Below, piece by piece: positions 30,877 through 40,239 of a stretch of 64,000 nt of DNA. The stretch's first letter is position 1. Each line of letters begins with the position of its first letter. The position numbers and the translations under genes are program-made. Origin of the DNA: Deferribacterales bacterium (GTDB taxonomy: Bacteria > Chrysiogenota > Deferribacteres > Deferribacterales > Geovibrionaceae); assembly GCA_050253075.1 (NCBI GenBank), contig JBFWJS010000003.1, positions 213,458 through 277,457 on the forward strand, given 5' to 3'. The notes under the pieces were generated by a model. It saw only the letters and a list, made by a program, of their open reading frames with translations. It was not told the origin of the DNA and did no database searches.

Positions 30877-33432
30877 GTGAAAAAGGTAATCGAAGGAGAA
30901 GGGATACTTACCCTTGTAGGCGGTTTAAGATACGGAGACGATGTAGTCTTTCAGACGGAAGAGGCCTTGGGATATAGGATAATATCTGAGTCTCTTCTGG
31001 CTGAACTGACAAAAAACGGTCATAGAATCCATCACATCAACTTCTTTAACGGTCCCGATAATCTCAATTTTAACGATGAGAATGTTAAAAAGTACTACGT
31101 AAATCCCGATAAAGGCTTTGAGTCTTTTGTCGAGGAGTGCTGCGACATAGTTTTCTCTATGGGGCACGGCGACATGCTTTTTGTCGACTGTCTGACCAGC
31201 CTTATGTCCTTTTGGGGCTCGGACTGGCTGATAGGATACGCCTATCACGCTATATCAGAGGTGATGAAGGAGCGTGATGTCACTTCCTTTATGGGGATAG
31301 TGAAGAAGTGTCACAGGCACTTCACCATCAAAAAGGTCGTCGACTCTGCCACTGTCGTGGTACGTGTCATGAAGGATAACGTTGGCAGACACTGCCTTCT
31401 TCCCCGTAAGGCAGCGGGCAGACAGAGCCATGTGATGTATCAGCCCTTTATACTGGACGTGCAGAAGAGTGTGCGCCCCATAGCGGATAACGTGGAAGCT
31501 ATGGAGATAATCACCCCGCCTGATAAACGTAGCGATATGCAGTATTATCAGTGTCTGGACAAACTTTTCCTCGGCGGAGCGGAGAATAATAACGACCCCG
31601 AAGCCGTCAAAAGCATGTGTATGATAATGATGGGGCAGGATAAAAAGATTCTCGGGCTCGCCTCGCAGTATTTCACTCTGAACGAGATGAAGCTGATACG
31701 CCGCCGAACCATCGGTTCAGGCTATATCGGCGGTAAAGCGACAGGGATGCTCGTCGCCAGAAAGATAATCAAAGAGCACCTTCCAGACATATACGAAAAA
31801 CACTCCGAGCCCGACGACAGCTATTTTCTCGGTGCGGACGTTTTCTATACATTCATGATATATAACGGCCTGTGGGACGACTATAAGAGCTTCCTTAACT
31901 CGGCCGACGTGATAAAGGCGAAGAAGCTGCACAGGCTGATAATGAACGCAAAGATGCCTCCTGAGGTTCTGGAAAGGATGGAGGACATCATCGACTATTT
32001 CGGGCATTATCCTATAATCGCCCGTTCCAGCAGTCTTCTGGAAGACAGCTTTGAAAGCTCGTTTGCGGGTAAGTACGAGAGTAAATTCTGCATACTTACA
32101 GGCGACGAAGACAACATGCGCAGGCAGCTTTCGGACATTTTCAAGGCGGTATACGCCAGTATGTTCAGTCAGGAAGCGGTCAAATACAGACGCTTTTATG
32201 AGATAAAAGGGCGTTCGGACATCATGTCTATCATCATTCAGCGTGTGTCGGGCGTTTTCAACGGAAACTATTATTTCCCTCACCTCGCAGGGGTAGGGCA
32301 GTCATACAATTCATATATATGGGATAGAAAGATAGACCCAGAATCAGGTCTAATCAGGCTGGTCTCGGGGCTGGGTACAAAGGCGGTGGATAACGAAGGG
32401 GGCGACTACGCAAGGATGATCGCTCTGAACAGACCACACGACTATCCAATGCCCGGGATGGAAAACAGGCGGGCATTCTGTCAGCGTGCTATGGAGGTTG
32501 TGGATACCTATGCGAACAAGGTGCGTGAGGTAAAACCCGCAGACCTTTATGACGAGGTGGACACTGCCCCGTTTATGAAATACATCGCAGCCAGAGACTT
32601 TGAGATAGAAAAGAAGCTGAACGGCGTGATAAACAGCGGGATAAAAGCATGGTACATATCCCACGACCATGTGATACAGAATACGAACGTGCTGGAAACC
32701 CTCGGTAAGATCATGAAAACTCTCGAAAGGGCATATGAGCACCCAGTTGAGATAGAGTTCACCATCAATTTCAAAGACGACCGTAAATACCGCATAAACA
32801 TACTTCAGTGCAGACCTGTACAGGTTCAGCGAATAGGAAATGCCGTGGTGCAGGGTGGAAGTGCTTCGGAATACGAAGTTTTCCGTGCGAAGGGGACATT
32901 CCTCGGCGGAAGCAACTCTCTCACCGTGGATACGGTTGTTTATGTGGATTGGGACGAATATATCAAGCTGTCTTCGGACGATAAGAGGTACTGTGCAGAG
33001 ATCATCGGCATATTAAACGACAGGGTAGAGGCCAGAGGGCTTAACTGTCTGCTGATGGGCTACGGCAGATGGGGCTCGAGCGTAACGGCGCTGGGCGTAC
33101 CGGTAGTTTTCAGTCAGATAGACAGTATGAAAGCAGTAATAGAGATAGGACACATAGAGAAAGGTATGGTGCCGGAGTTGTCCTACGGCACCCATTTTTT
33201 CCATGATGTTGTTGAGTCGAAGATAAGCTATATCTCCGTGCTTGACAACGACGAGACATTCCACCTCAGCAATACGATAACAAAGCGCCATAACATGATA
33301 CGTAAGGCACTGCCCGACACGAAAGGCTTTGAAAAAGTGATAAAATACTATCGCTTTCCGAAAAGACCTCTCAGGCTCGTCACCGATATCAGCAGTAACG
33401 AAGTGGCTATCTACAGAGCGAAAAGGCTCTAA
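30877..33432 (+). CDS. PEP/pyruvate-binding (PPDK_N, ATP-grasp) domain protein of unknown function
   Basis: IGGKATG, PIIARSSSLLEDS..FAGKYES, MSIIIQRV, LVSGLGTKAVD, PVEIEF, LQCRP, GRWGSS, SYGTHFF. Confidence 0.85.
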   Translation: MKKVIEGEGILTLVGGLRYGDDVVFQTEEALGYRIISESLLAELTKNGHRIHHINFFNGPDNLNFNDENVKKYYVNPDKGFESFVEECCDIVFSMGHGDMLFVDCLTSLMSFWGSDWLIGYAYHAISEVMKERDVTSFMGIVKKCHRHFTIKKVVDSATVVVRVMKDNVGRHCLLPRKAAGRQSHVMYQPFILDVQKSVRPIADNVEAMEIITPPDKRSDMQYYQCLDKLFLGGAENNNDPEAVKSMCMIMMGQDKKILGLASQYFTLNEMKLIRRRTIGSGYIGGKATGMLVARKIIKEHLPDIYEKHSEPDDSYFLGADVFYTFMIYNGLWDDYKSFLNSADVIKAKKLHRLIMNAKMPPEVLERMEDIIDYFGHYPIIARSSSLLEDSFESSFAGKYESKFCILTGDEDNMRRQLSDIFKAVYASMFSQEAVKYRRFYEIKGRSDIMSIIIQRVSGVFNGNYYFPHLAGVGQSYNSYIWDRKIDPESGLIRLVSGLGTKAVDNEGGDYARMIALNRPHDYPMPGMENRRAFCQRAMEVVDTYANKVREVKPADLYDEVDTAPFMKYIAARDFEIEKKLNGVINSGIKAWYISHDHVIQNTNVLETLGKIMKTLERAYEHPVEIEFTINFKDDRKYRINILQCRPVQVQRIGNAVVQGGSASEYEVFRAKGTFLGGSNSLTVDTVVYVDWDEYIKLSSDDKRYCAEIIGILNDRVEARGLNCLLMGYGRWGSSVTALGVPVVFSQIDSMKAVIEIGHIEKGMVPELSYGTHFFHDVVESKISYISVLDNDETFHLSNTITKRHNMIRKALPDTKGFEKVIKYYRFPKRPLRLVTDISSNEVAIYRAKRL

Positions 33433-33701
33433 GCCTCTTCCTCTTCCTCGCCTTCTTCTTCATCAAGCTCAAGCTGATCAGTATCTATAAGAGCAAGGTC
33501 GCCGGCTGTAATAGCAAGACCAACCTCTATACAGTTATAGATGAATTCTTCGAAAGCCATGTTGTTTGTTTTTGCAGCTTCGTTAACGTCTGCAAACATT
33601 TCTTTGTCCATAGCGAAAGCAAAGTTCATAAGATCAGGATTTTCGTTCTGTTCTGAATTGCATCCGCAAGAGTTTTTATCATCACCGCCACAGCAGCTCA
33701 T
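33429..33701 (-). CDS. Small acidic hypothetical protein with Cys-rich N-terminus
   Basis: GAGGTG RBS; MSCCGG..CGC start; poly-Glu tail. Confidence 0.7.
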   Translation of the reverse strand: MSCCGGDDKNSCGCNSEQNENPDLMNFAFAMDKEMFADVNEAAKTNNMAFEEFIYNCIEVGLAITAGDLALIDTDQLELDEEEGEEEEEA

Positions 33702-33787
33702 AACTCACCTCGTAAGATTTTACTAGGGTTTTAACAGGTTTTAGGTAATAATGCAAACAATGAATAGTAAATAATATGTGGTGATCT

Positions 33788-34573
33788 ATGCGTGTTTCAG
33801 CAGTTCAGATTATGCTTTCGGACAGCAAAGATGGAAACCTGTGCAAGGCTTTGTCGTATATAGATAAAGCATCAGACAGCGATCTTGTCGTCCTGCCGGA
33901 GATGCTGATGGGAAAACGCACGGGGACCACCGAACTGTATCATCTGGCAGAGGATGCGGAGAACGGAAACTTTGCAAGCGAACTGCGTGAAGCGGCCGTG
34001 AAGCACGGCGTGGATGTCTGCACATGCCTGTGGGAAGACTCGGGCAGTGATAAAGTCTACAACACCGCAATGGTTTACGGCTCAGACGGCAGCATAAAGG
34101 CGAAATACCGCAAGCTGCACCTTTTCGATGCTCTCTCAGTAAAGGAATCCGATCATATGCTCATGGGCTCGGACATGCCTCCCGTATTTGAATGTGCAGG
34201 GGTTAAATGCGGTCTGTCCATATGCTACGACCTGCGTTTTCCTGAGATATACAGAGAGCAGGTCTTCAAAGGCGCAGAGCTTTTCATCATTCCTGCCGCA
34301 TGGTATGCGGGGGAGATGAAGGTTGCGCACCTGCACACTCTCCTCTCTGCGAGGGCTCTGGAGAACACGTCCTATACACTCTGTGCGAATCTGTGCGGAG
34401 ACAGTTTCAGCGGTAATTCGGCGGTTTTTGCACCATTCGGCGAGATGCTTGCCTCTGCTTGCGGTGAAGAAAATGTCATATCATCCGACATAGATGTCAA
34501 ATATGTCGAAAACATCAGAGAAAAACTTCCCTGTCTTGCGAATATCCGTAAAGATATGTTTTATAGACAGTAG
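33788..34573 (+). CDS. Carbon-nitrogen hydrolase (Nit1-like)
   Basis: E-K-C triad: VVLPE, YRKLHLFD, ICYDLRFPE; ARALEN. Confidence 0.9.
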   Translation: MRVSAVQIMLSDSKDGNLCKALSYIDKASDSDLVVLPEMLMGKRTGTTELYHLAEDAENGNFASELREAAVKHGVDVCTCLWEDSGSDKVYNTAMVYGSDGSIKAKYRKLHLFDALSVKESDHMLMGSDMPPVFECAGVKCGLSICYDLRFPEIYREQVFKGAELFIIPAAWYAGEMKVAHLHTLLSARALENTSYTLCANLCGDSFSGNSAVFAPFGEMLASACGEENVISSDIDVKYVENIREKLPCLANIRKDMFYRQ

Positions 34574-34697
34574 TTTATAGAATATTTTGATAATAGCTTA
34601 AATGTGAAGTTTTGTTGTTTCCTCTTTATTATTCGGTTATAATTACACCAAAAATCAATCCTTTCTTAATTTTGGGCATAATCAATAGGAGATTACA

Positions 34698-37600
34698 ATG
34701 CGTGCTTTACTAGTATCAGTTCTGATCACACTGAGTTTCATCCTTTCCGCGTGTGGTGGCGGGGGAGGCGGAAGCAGTGATCCGGGCGTCAGGGTTTCCC
34801 TGGGGCTTAATTTCGACAAATCACGAGCTGCAGCAGACGGATTTTATGTCAGTAATACAAAGATAGATTCTGTCACTGTCAGCTACACAAACAACGCTGG
34901 TTCCAGCGGTTCGAAAAATGTGACCGCACAGGCCGCGGACGGCTCTGTGGAACTCAACGGTCTTGTTCTTAATTCTACTTACACATTTACTGTTCTCGCT
35001 ATGGCAGAGGGGAATGTGCAGGCATGTACGGGCAGTACATCCGTGCTCATAGCCGAAAATGAAGAGAACACGGCGACTATAGAGTGTGTCTTCGTAGACA
35101 GTCTGGCAGTGGGGAATGCCGTTTATGATTTCGTAGAGACGCTCATGTCTGCGAATCCTACAGCGGCAAACATAGACCAGTATGTCGCAAACGATTTCGG
35201 CACATACGACGGCTATAACAGAGCTCAGTTCATAGCTGATCTGCTCGATGAGCCGGGCTTTGCTTTCACAGACCCTACAGTACAGCTCGAGAGTGTAGAG
35301 GTTTTCACAGGTGTCGCGAGGGCGGCAGCCACAGAATCACTTATTAAGTTTCACTTCAGCGACGGATCAGTTGCCGAGGAGTATGTCGGACTTGTTAAAG
35401 AAGACGGCAAATGGAAACTGACAGGTAACGGAAAGCTCTATGAAGCAGATATAAATACACAGGCTTACTATATCATCCCTCATTCGGCTTCACCGCCTGC
35501 AAGCCTTTTCTACTCAGGCGTTGCCACAGAATTTTACGACCCTGCAAATGTAGTCAGCGGTATCGATGTTTCAGCTACTCCGATGTCGGAGACCTACTCA
35601 TTCGTTAGGGCTACATGCACAGACTGCGACGGATTTACTATCGATTATCCATACACGCTGGATACTCCGTATTTCTTCTCTGATCATTACATAGACCTGT
35701 TTGAAGGCGGTGCAAACGCAGCAGTGGCCGCAGATCAGCAGTACACGCTGAACACTACCTATACAAACAGCACTCAAGATACATTTAATCTGACGGCATA
35801 CGGAAAGCCTGTGCAGACAAGCCTTTTGGATACTACATACTTTCCTCTGCTCCCTTCTACGACAAGCCAGAACATAGCCGAATACATAGCAAACGCAAGC
35901 TATACATTCACTCTCATAAAGCCGACGGCATACGATGCACAGCTTATCGAGATAGACCTGCAATACAGAGACTACTACGGCAATTACGGTGATATCGAAG
36001 GTTTGATACCGCTTAATGCGAACACTTTCACAGTGGATTTCTCTGAGCTTGCGGGCAGCTTTATTACCGACGCATCGGTATTCATCAGTGCATACGACAG
36101 CGAAGGACGTGTCTTCACTACTGTTATAGAGCTGTACTACGACGCAGGCACTGCGACACTCAGCGCATCGGGCTACACGGCTCTCGCCGATGCTATCAGC
36201 AAGATGTCTACGGCTCAGCTTGCTACTTTCTCAAATATTGTCAGCTACTCAAGCGACCCGGGCGTGCTTAATATCCTTTCAGAGATAAGCGATGCCGCAT
36301 CCTTAGGACTCACAGCATATGACGTGAGCGGGGCTTACGGTGCCTCTCTTTTGAGAGCCGGTCAGGTGTCTAACCCGTATACATCAGGCACAGCGCAGTA
36401 TATCGCTTATGAAAACCTTATAGATGCTTTCTATGATCTGCTTTCATCTAATCCTGATGTTGCGATGGACATTGCAGTTTTCGTAACGGAGCTTTCAGAT
36501 GATGGATTCCAGTCTCTCGGCGTTCTGCTCGGCATAGCAGATGAGGAAGGATTTGCTGTTTATGCACAGGTTCTTTCAGGCTCCCTTGATGAGATCATCG
36601 CAGATGTCGAAGCGCATACAGGAACAACTGTAGAGCCCGACGACGGCTATAATGTTGAAGAAGGCCTTGACTATGTGGAAGTTACAGACGGAAGCACATT
36701 TTTCAACCTTTATGCTACATCAGGCGTGCTTACATCAAACGGTGCAGTCCTTTGTAACTCAGGAGCCTACGCCTCTATATACGTAGAAAATGAAGAAGGC
36801 GGCGAACTCTATGCCATAAACAGCACAGGAGACCAGATCCCGCTGTGTAATGCGCTTAGAACGATAGATAACCCTTCAAGTAACTATAACGGCTACAGCT
36901 ATGTCGTCCTTACAAATATTGACGACATGAGCTATCTCCAGAACAGCATCGTCATGATGCTGAACCCTGAAGGCGCAATGGTATGGGCAAAGGAATATCC
37001 TGCCTTAGCACCAGTAATGGTAAATGATGCGGAGCTGAGCGGAGACAACCTGCTCGTGCTCTATACCGATACAAACGACAATGCAGGCGGATTCATTTAT
37101 GAAGTTCTCCCTGACGGTTCTACAGGCATGTCCAGTATGATCAGCGGTGAGGACTCTCTGTCTTCAAATCCTGTCGGCAGCGTACAGTTTAACGACCTTA
37201 TCCTGAAAGACGGCGTATTTGCCATACTCGGTACCGGACGTGTAGACGGCGGAGACTATCTTGAGCCGTTAGTATTTTACGGAACATATGCCACAACTAC
37301 GACCACAACAATGGTCGCAGGCGGCGGACTGCTCAACCATTTCTACTCTGTGGAGATGAGCGGTGATTTCTCCGGTCAGTTCTATTCCGGTACTTACAGC
37401 GGTACCGATCTCATAATGTCAGCCTTGCTCACAGGTCAGGGTGAAACAGTAGCTATATCTAAGCTGGATACAACAACAGGCACATTCTATAATGCGATCT
37501 CTTTCGGTGAAACTATCCCGGAGGATGCTCTGGTTGTATCTGCGCCTGATTCCACAGGTGTTACGGGTAACTATCTTTTTACTAACTACATCGACGACAG

Positions 37601-38024
37601 GGCAGAGATTCTGAAATTCTCATTCGACATAGACGGCGAGCTCGTTATGGAAAATAACGCTCAGTTCGACCTGTACTCTGAATACGGTCTTTCACCGGAC
37701 ATCTATGCCGTCACCTCAGACGGCGATGGGCATCTCTTATTCGCAGGAGGCATGACGACAGAGTTTTCTACAGACCTTCTCATGGGTGCGATGAGTGCAG
37801 ATGACCTGACGATAAACGATGAATATACACCGGGTACTCAGATGGACTATAATTTTGATAAAATGGCGGACGTAAACCCGGTGAACACTCTGACAGTGAC
37901 ACTGACACCGGACGTGTTCATTAATCCCGGCGATATCGTGGATATCGCAGATATTATATCCCTTGATAATTACATCGTAGATGTGAACCCTGCGATGAGT
38001 ATTATCGTAAACATGCTGATGTAA
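34698..38024 (+). CDS. Large (1108 aa) acidic lipoprotein, hypothetical
   Basis: AGGAG RBS; lipobox LSAC followed by GGGGGGSS; D/E/T/S/Y-rich; no family motif recognised. Confidence 0.8.
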   Translation: MRALLVSVLITLSFILSACGGGGGGSSDPGVRVSLGLNFDKSRAAADGFYVSNTKIDSVTVSYTNNAGSSGSKNVTAQAADGSVELNGLVLNSTYTFTVLAMAEGNVQACTGSTSVLIAENEENTATIECVFVDSLAVGNAVYDFVETLMSANPTAANIDQYVANDFGTYDGYNRAQFIADLLDEPGFAFTDPTVQLESVEVFTGVARAAATESLIKFHFSDGSVAEEYVGLVKEDGKWKLTGNGKLYEADINTQAYYIIPHSASPPASLFYSGVATEFYDPANVVSGIDVSATPMSETYSFVRATCTDCDGFTIDYPYTLDTPYFFSDHYIDLFEGGANAAVAADQQYTLNTTYTNSTQDTFNLTAYGKPVQTSLLDTTYFPLLPSTTSQNIAEYIANASYTFTLIKPTAYDAQLIEIDLQYRDYYGNYGDIEGLIPLNANTFTVDFSELAGSFITDASVFISAYDSEGRVFTTVIELYYDAGTATLSASGYTALADAISKMSTAQLATFSNIVSYSSDPGVLNILSEISDAASLGLTAYDVSGAYGASLLRAGQVSNPYTSGTAQYIAYENLIDAFYDLLSSNPDVAMDIAVFVTELSDDGFQSLGVLLGIADEEGFAVYAQVLSGSLDEIIADVEAHTGTTVEPDDGYNVEEGLDYVEVTDGSTFFNLYATSGVLTSNGAVLCNSGAYASIYVENEEGGELYAINSTGDQIPLCNALRTIDNPSSNYNGYSYVVLTNIDDMSYLQNSIVMMLNPEGAMVWAKEYPALAPVMVNDAELSGDNLLVLYTDTNDNAGGFIYEVLPDGSTGMSSMISGEDSLSSNPVGSVQFNDLILKDGVFAILGTGRVDGGDYLEPLVFYGTYATTTTTTMVAGGGLLNHFYSVEMSGDFSGQFYSGTYSGTDLIMSALLTGQGETVAISKLDTTTGTFYNAISFGETIPEDALVVSAPDSTGVTGNYLFTNYIDDRAEILKFSFDIDGELVMENNAQFDLYSEYGLSPDIYAVTSDGDGHLLFAGGMTTEFSTDLLMGAMSADDLTINDEYTPGTQMDYNFDKMADVNPVNTLTVTLTPDVFINPGDIVDIADIISLDNYIVDVNPAMSIIVNMLM

Positions 38025-38113
38025 AAGAATTGTTTCAGGAGAGTTTAATTCCTTTAACAAGTTTTGCAAATATTTAACATTCGTTTAAAACAAACTGTGC
38101 TATCTTTTGTGTG

Positions 38114-38150
38114 AAAAGAGCGGGGTGGTAAATTTACCGCCCCTTCTTTA
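38114..38150 (+). terminator. Hairpin (terminator of the lipoprotein gene or 5' leader of the next gene)
   Basis: GGGGTGGTAA-AT-TTACCGCCCC followed by TTCTTT. Confidence 0.55.
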
Positions 38151-38177
38151 CCTGTTATGTAAATCAGGAGATAGATA

Positions 38178-38390
38178 ATGCCTAAAATGTCATTCAAATG
38201 CAAAGAGTGCGGAGAGAAGATCGTAGTAAAAGAGCCGGGCATGGCTCGTTGCGAAGAGTGCGGTTCGATCTACAAAGCTTTCTTTGAGATCAAAAAAAAA
38301 AGTGACAAAGAAGTAATCTCTAAAGCTGTTAAAACTCCGGAAAACAAAGAAGCCTCTGAGAGGGTCTTTGGAGACCACAAGAGCGCATAA
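38178..38390 (+). CDS. Small zinc-ribbon protein
   Basis: AGGAG RBS; CKEC-x13-CEEC; Lys-rich. Confidence 0.7.
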   Translation: MPKMSFKCKECGEKIVVKEPGMARCEECGSIYKAFFEIKKKSDKEVISKAVKTPENKEASERVFGDHKSA

Positions 38391-38559
38391 GCTCAGGTCT
38401 TGCCTTTGCTCCGCCTTTCCGGCGTTTTTCGTTTTTAGGGTTTAATGTTTGAGGTTTATATTCCTATCTGGCTGTACTGCTGTAATCTGATTCAGATGAT
38501 TAGCAACCTAACGATACCCTGACTGAAAACCAAGCACAAACAGTTTAAAATACCTTTTA

Positions 38560-39372
38560 TCAGAAAGGGACTTCGTTCAGTATTGCACCGAGCTTGCTAA
38601 CGGCTTTCTGCACTTTCTGCTCGTTCAATATCTTTTCCTTATCTTTCATCACGGCTTTCAGGTCGTCTCCGAGGGTCTTTTTCAGCTCGTCTGCTGCTTT
38701 CATTATAGCCTCGGGTTTATCCTTTTTCGCCATTACCAGCTTCAGGGTGTCGGAGTATTTCTTCATCTCGGGGATCTGCTTTTTGATGTTTGAGACGAAT
38801 GCATCGGTGGCCTCTACGGCTTTTCTGGCTGTGATGGCTTCTTTCATCCTTTCCACATATCTCTTAGACAGAGCGAGGAAGTCGTTCATAACGGACAGGA
38901 TGCCGTTTAAGGTGTCTTCTGTTATCTCTGTGGTCTCTGCCAGCATATGTGTGGCAACGCTGTCCATACTGCCTGCTATGGCGTGTGAGACGTTAGACGC
39001 TACATCGGCACCGAACTCATTCACGCCGAAGAGCGGGTTGTTTCCCACCACTATGTCAAAGTTGGCGAATGCTTCCATAAAGTCTGCATCTGCCATGTAT
39101 GGTCCCATCTTTCCGTAATATTTAGTGACGTCATGACCGAGCATCTTGCCTATCTTTGTGCTGAGTGCCTTGAGTTCTGCATCGGTGGAAAACCTTGTGC
39201 AGAAGTCGTCTGAGATCTTCTCAAGGTCTTCGTACTGGTTTTTTATCCCTTTGCTGCATGTATTTATAGCCTGCATCAGTTCTTCTTTGCCTGATGCCGC
39301 CTCAAGGTCTGAAATGTATTGCTCAGCTATTTTAAGCTGCTCCTGCATGGTGCGGAGTGTCATGTCGCTCAT
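38560..39372 (-). CDS. Hypothetical alpha-helical protein
   Basis: 270-aa ORF with GAGGA RBS, 33 bp downstream of ctaB on the same strand. Confidence 0.75.
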   Translation of the reverse strand: MSDMTLRTMQEQLKIAEQYISDLEAASGKEELMQAINTCSKGIKNQYEDLEKISDDFCTRFSTDAELKALSTKIGKMLGHDVTKYYGKMGPYMADADFMEAFANFDIVVGNNPLFGVNEFGADVASNVSHAIAGSMDSVATHMLAETTEITEDTLNGILSVMNDFLALSKRYVERMKEAITARKAVEATDAFVSNIKKQIPEMKKYSDTLKLVMAKKDKPEAIMKAADELKKTLGDDLKAVMKDKEKILNEQKVQKAVSKLGAILNEVPF

Positions 39373-39405
39373 AATGTCCTCTTTGAAAATTTGTGTCCGA
39401 TGATT

Positions 39406-40239
39406 CTAGATGATTATTCGGTCAACCACAAGCATAAGGAAGAAAATAACCATACTTATGTTCAGAATATGAAAGGTTCTGGCGGTGTACTGCCTGTTTA
39501 AATACAGCGCAGCAGCGAATGCCAGAGTAATCAGGACATGTGCAGTTATTACGGATGAATATTTGTAAATGTCTGATATAGGGATGAGAAGCAGTGCGCA
39601 TATATAAGCTGTCAGCCATATCTTTATGAAGAGGTCGCTCTTTGTCTTTCCGTATGTGCCGGAGAGAGTTTTGAAACCTGCGGTCTTATAGTCCGTCTTA
39701 TACTTTTCAGAGAGGAGGGCGAAGTGCGGCGTCTGCCATACATAAAGCACGGCGGCGACAAGGAGTATGCCCGTTGTTTTGATCTCTCCCCCTGTGACGG
39801 CATAGCCCAGCACGGGCGGTATCGCACCTGTTACAGAGCCTATCAGCAGTGCGAAAGGCGTCACCTTTTTCAGCGGGGTATATATTAGATTATACACCAG
39901 CAGGGTAAAGGGGATGAATATCAGGGCAGACATATTATGCCCCAGCAGCATGAACGCAGCCGAAAGGGCAAGCATCACGGCTGATATCCGCAGTACGCTT
40001 TTACCGTCTACCGTGCCCGAGGGGATAGGTCTGTCTGATGTACGGCTCATGACGGCATCTTCCTCACATTCCTGATACTGATTCAGAGCGGAGCATCCCG
40101 CAGAGAGGAATAGTGCGGAAAGTACGGCGAAGACGTGCGTTATGTGCAGGTTTGAATCAAAAAGGCAGGCCCCTGCAAAAGCTGAGAGGCCCACCATAAG
40201 AGAAACTTTTGGTCTGAAGAGCTGCAGTGTGTTCTGCAT
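39406..40239 (-). CDS. ctaB: Protoheme IX farnesyltransferase (heme O synthase)
   Basis: ALNQYQE..DAVMSRTSDRPIPSG, YTPLKK, GAIPPVLG, WQTPHF. Confidence 0.9.
   Translation of the reverse strand: MQNTLQLFRPKVSLMVGLSAFAGACLFDSNLHITHVFAVLSALFLSAGCSALNQYQECEEDAVMSRTSDRPIPSGTVDGKSVLRISAVMLALSAAFMLLGHNMSALIFIPFTLLVYNLIYTPLKKVTPFALLIGSVTGAIPPVLGYAVTGGEIKTTGILLVAAVLYVWQTPHFALLSEKYKTDYKTAGFKTLSGTYGKTKSDLFIKIWLTAYICALLLIPISDIYKYSSVITAHVLITLAFAAALYLNRQYTARTFHILNISMVIFFLMLVVDRIII

Noticed and set aside
30487..33432. ArsR and the PEP-binding protein as an arsenic/metal operon
   Set aside because: A separate TTCACA-N17-TATAAT promoter lies between them and there are no ars or metal efflux genes nearby
38178..38390. 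LysW-like amino-group carrier protein
   Set aside because: It has the zinc ribbon but is basic, lacks the C-terminal EDWGE motif, and has no lysX/argX neighbours
38390..38432. Minus-strand AAACGCCGGAAAGGCGGAGCAAAG resembling a c-di-GMP-I riboswitch
   Set aside because: It lacks the GGCAAAC and GACGCAAAGC consensus and a convincing second stem, and it lies between convergent gene ends rather than in a 5' leader; an Infernal RF01051 search would settle it
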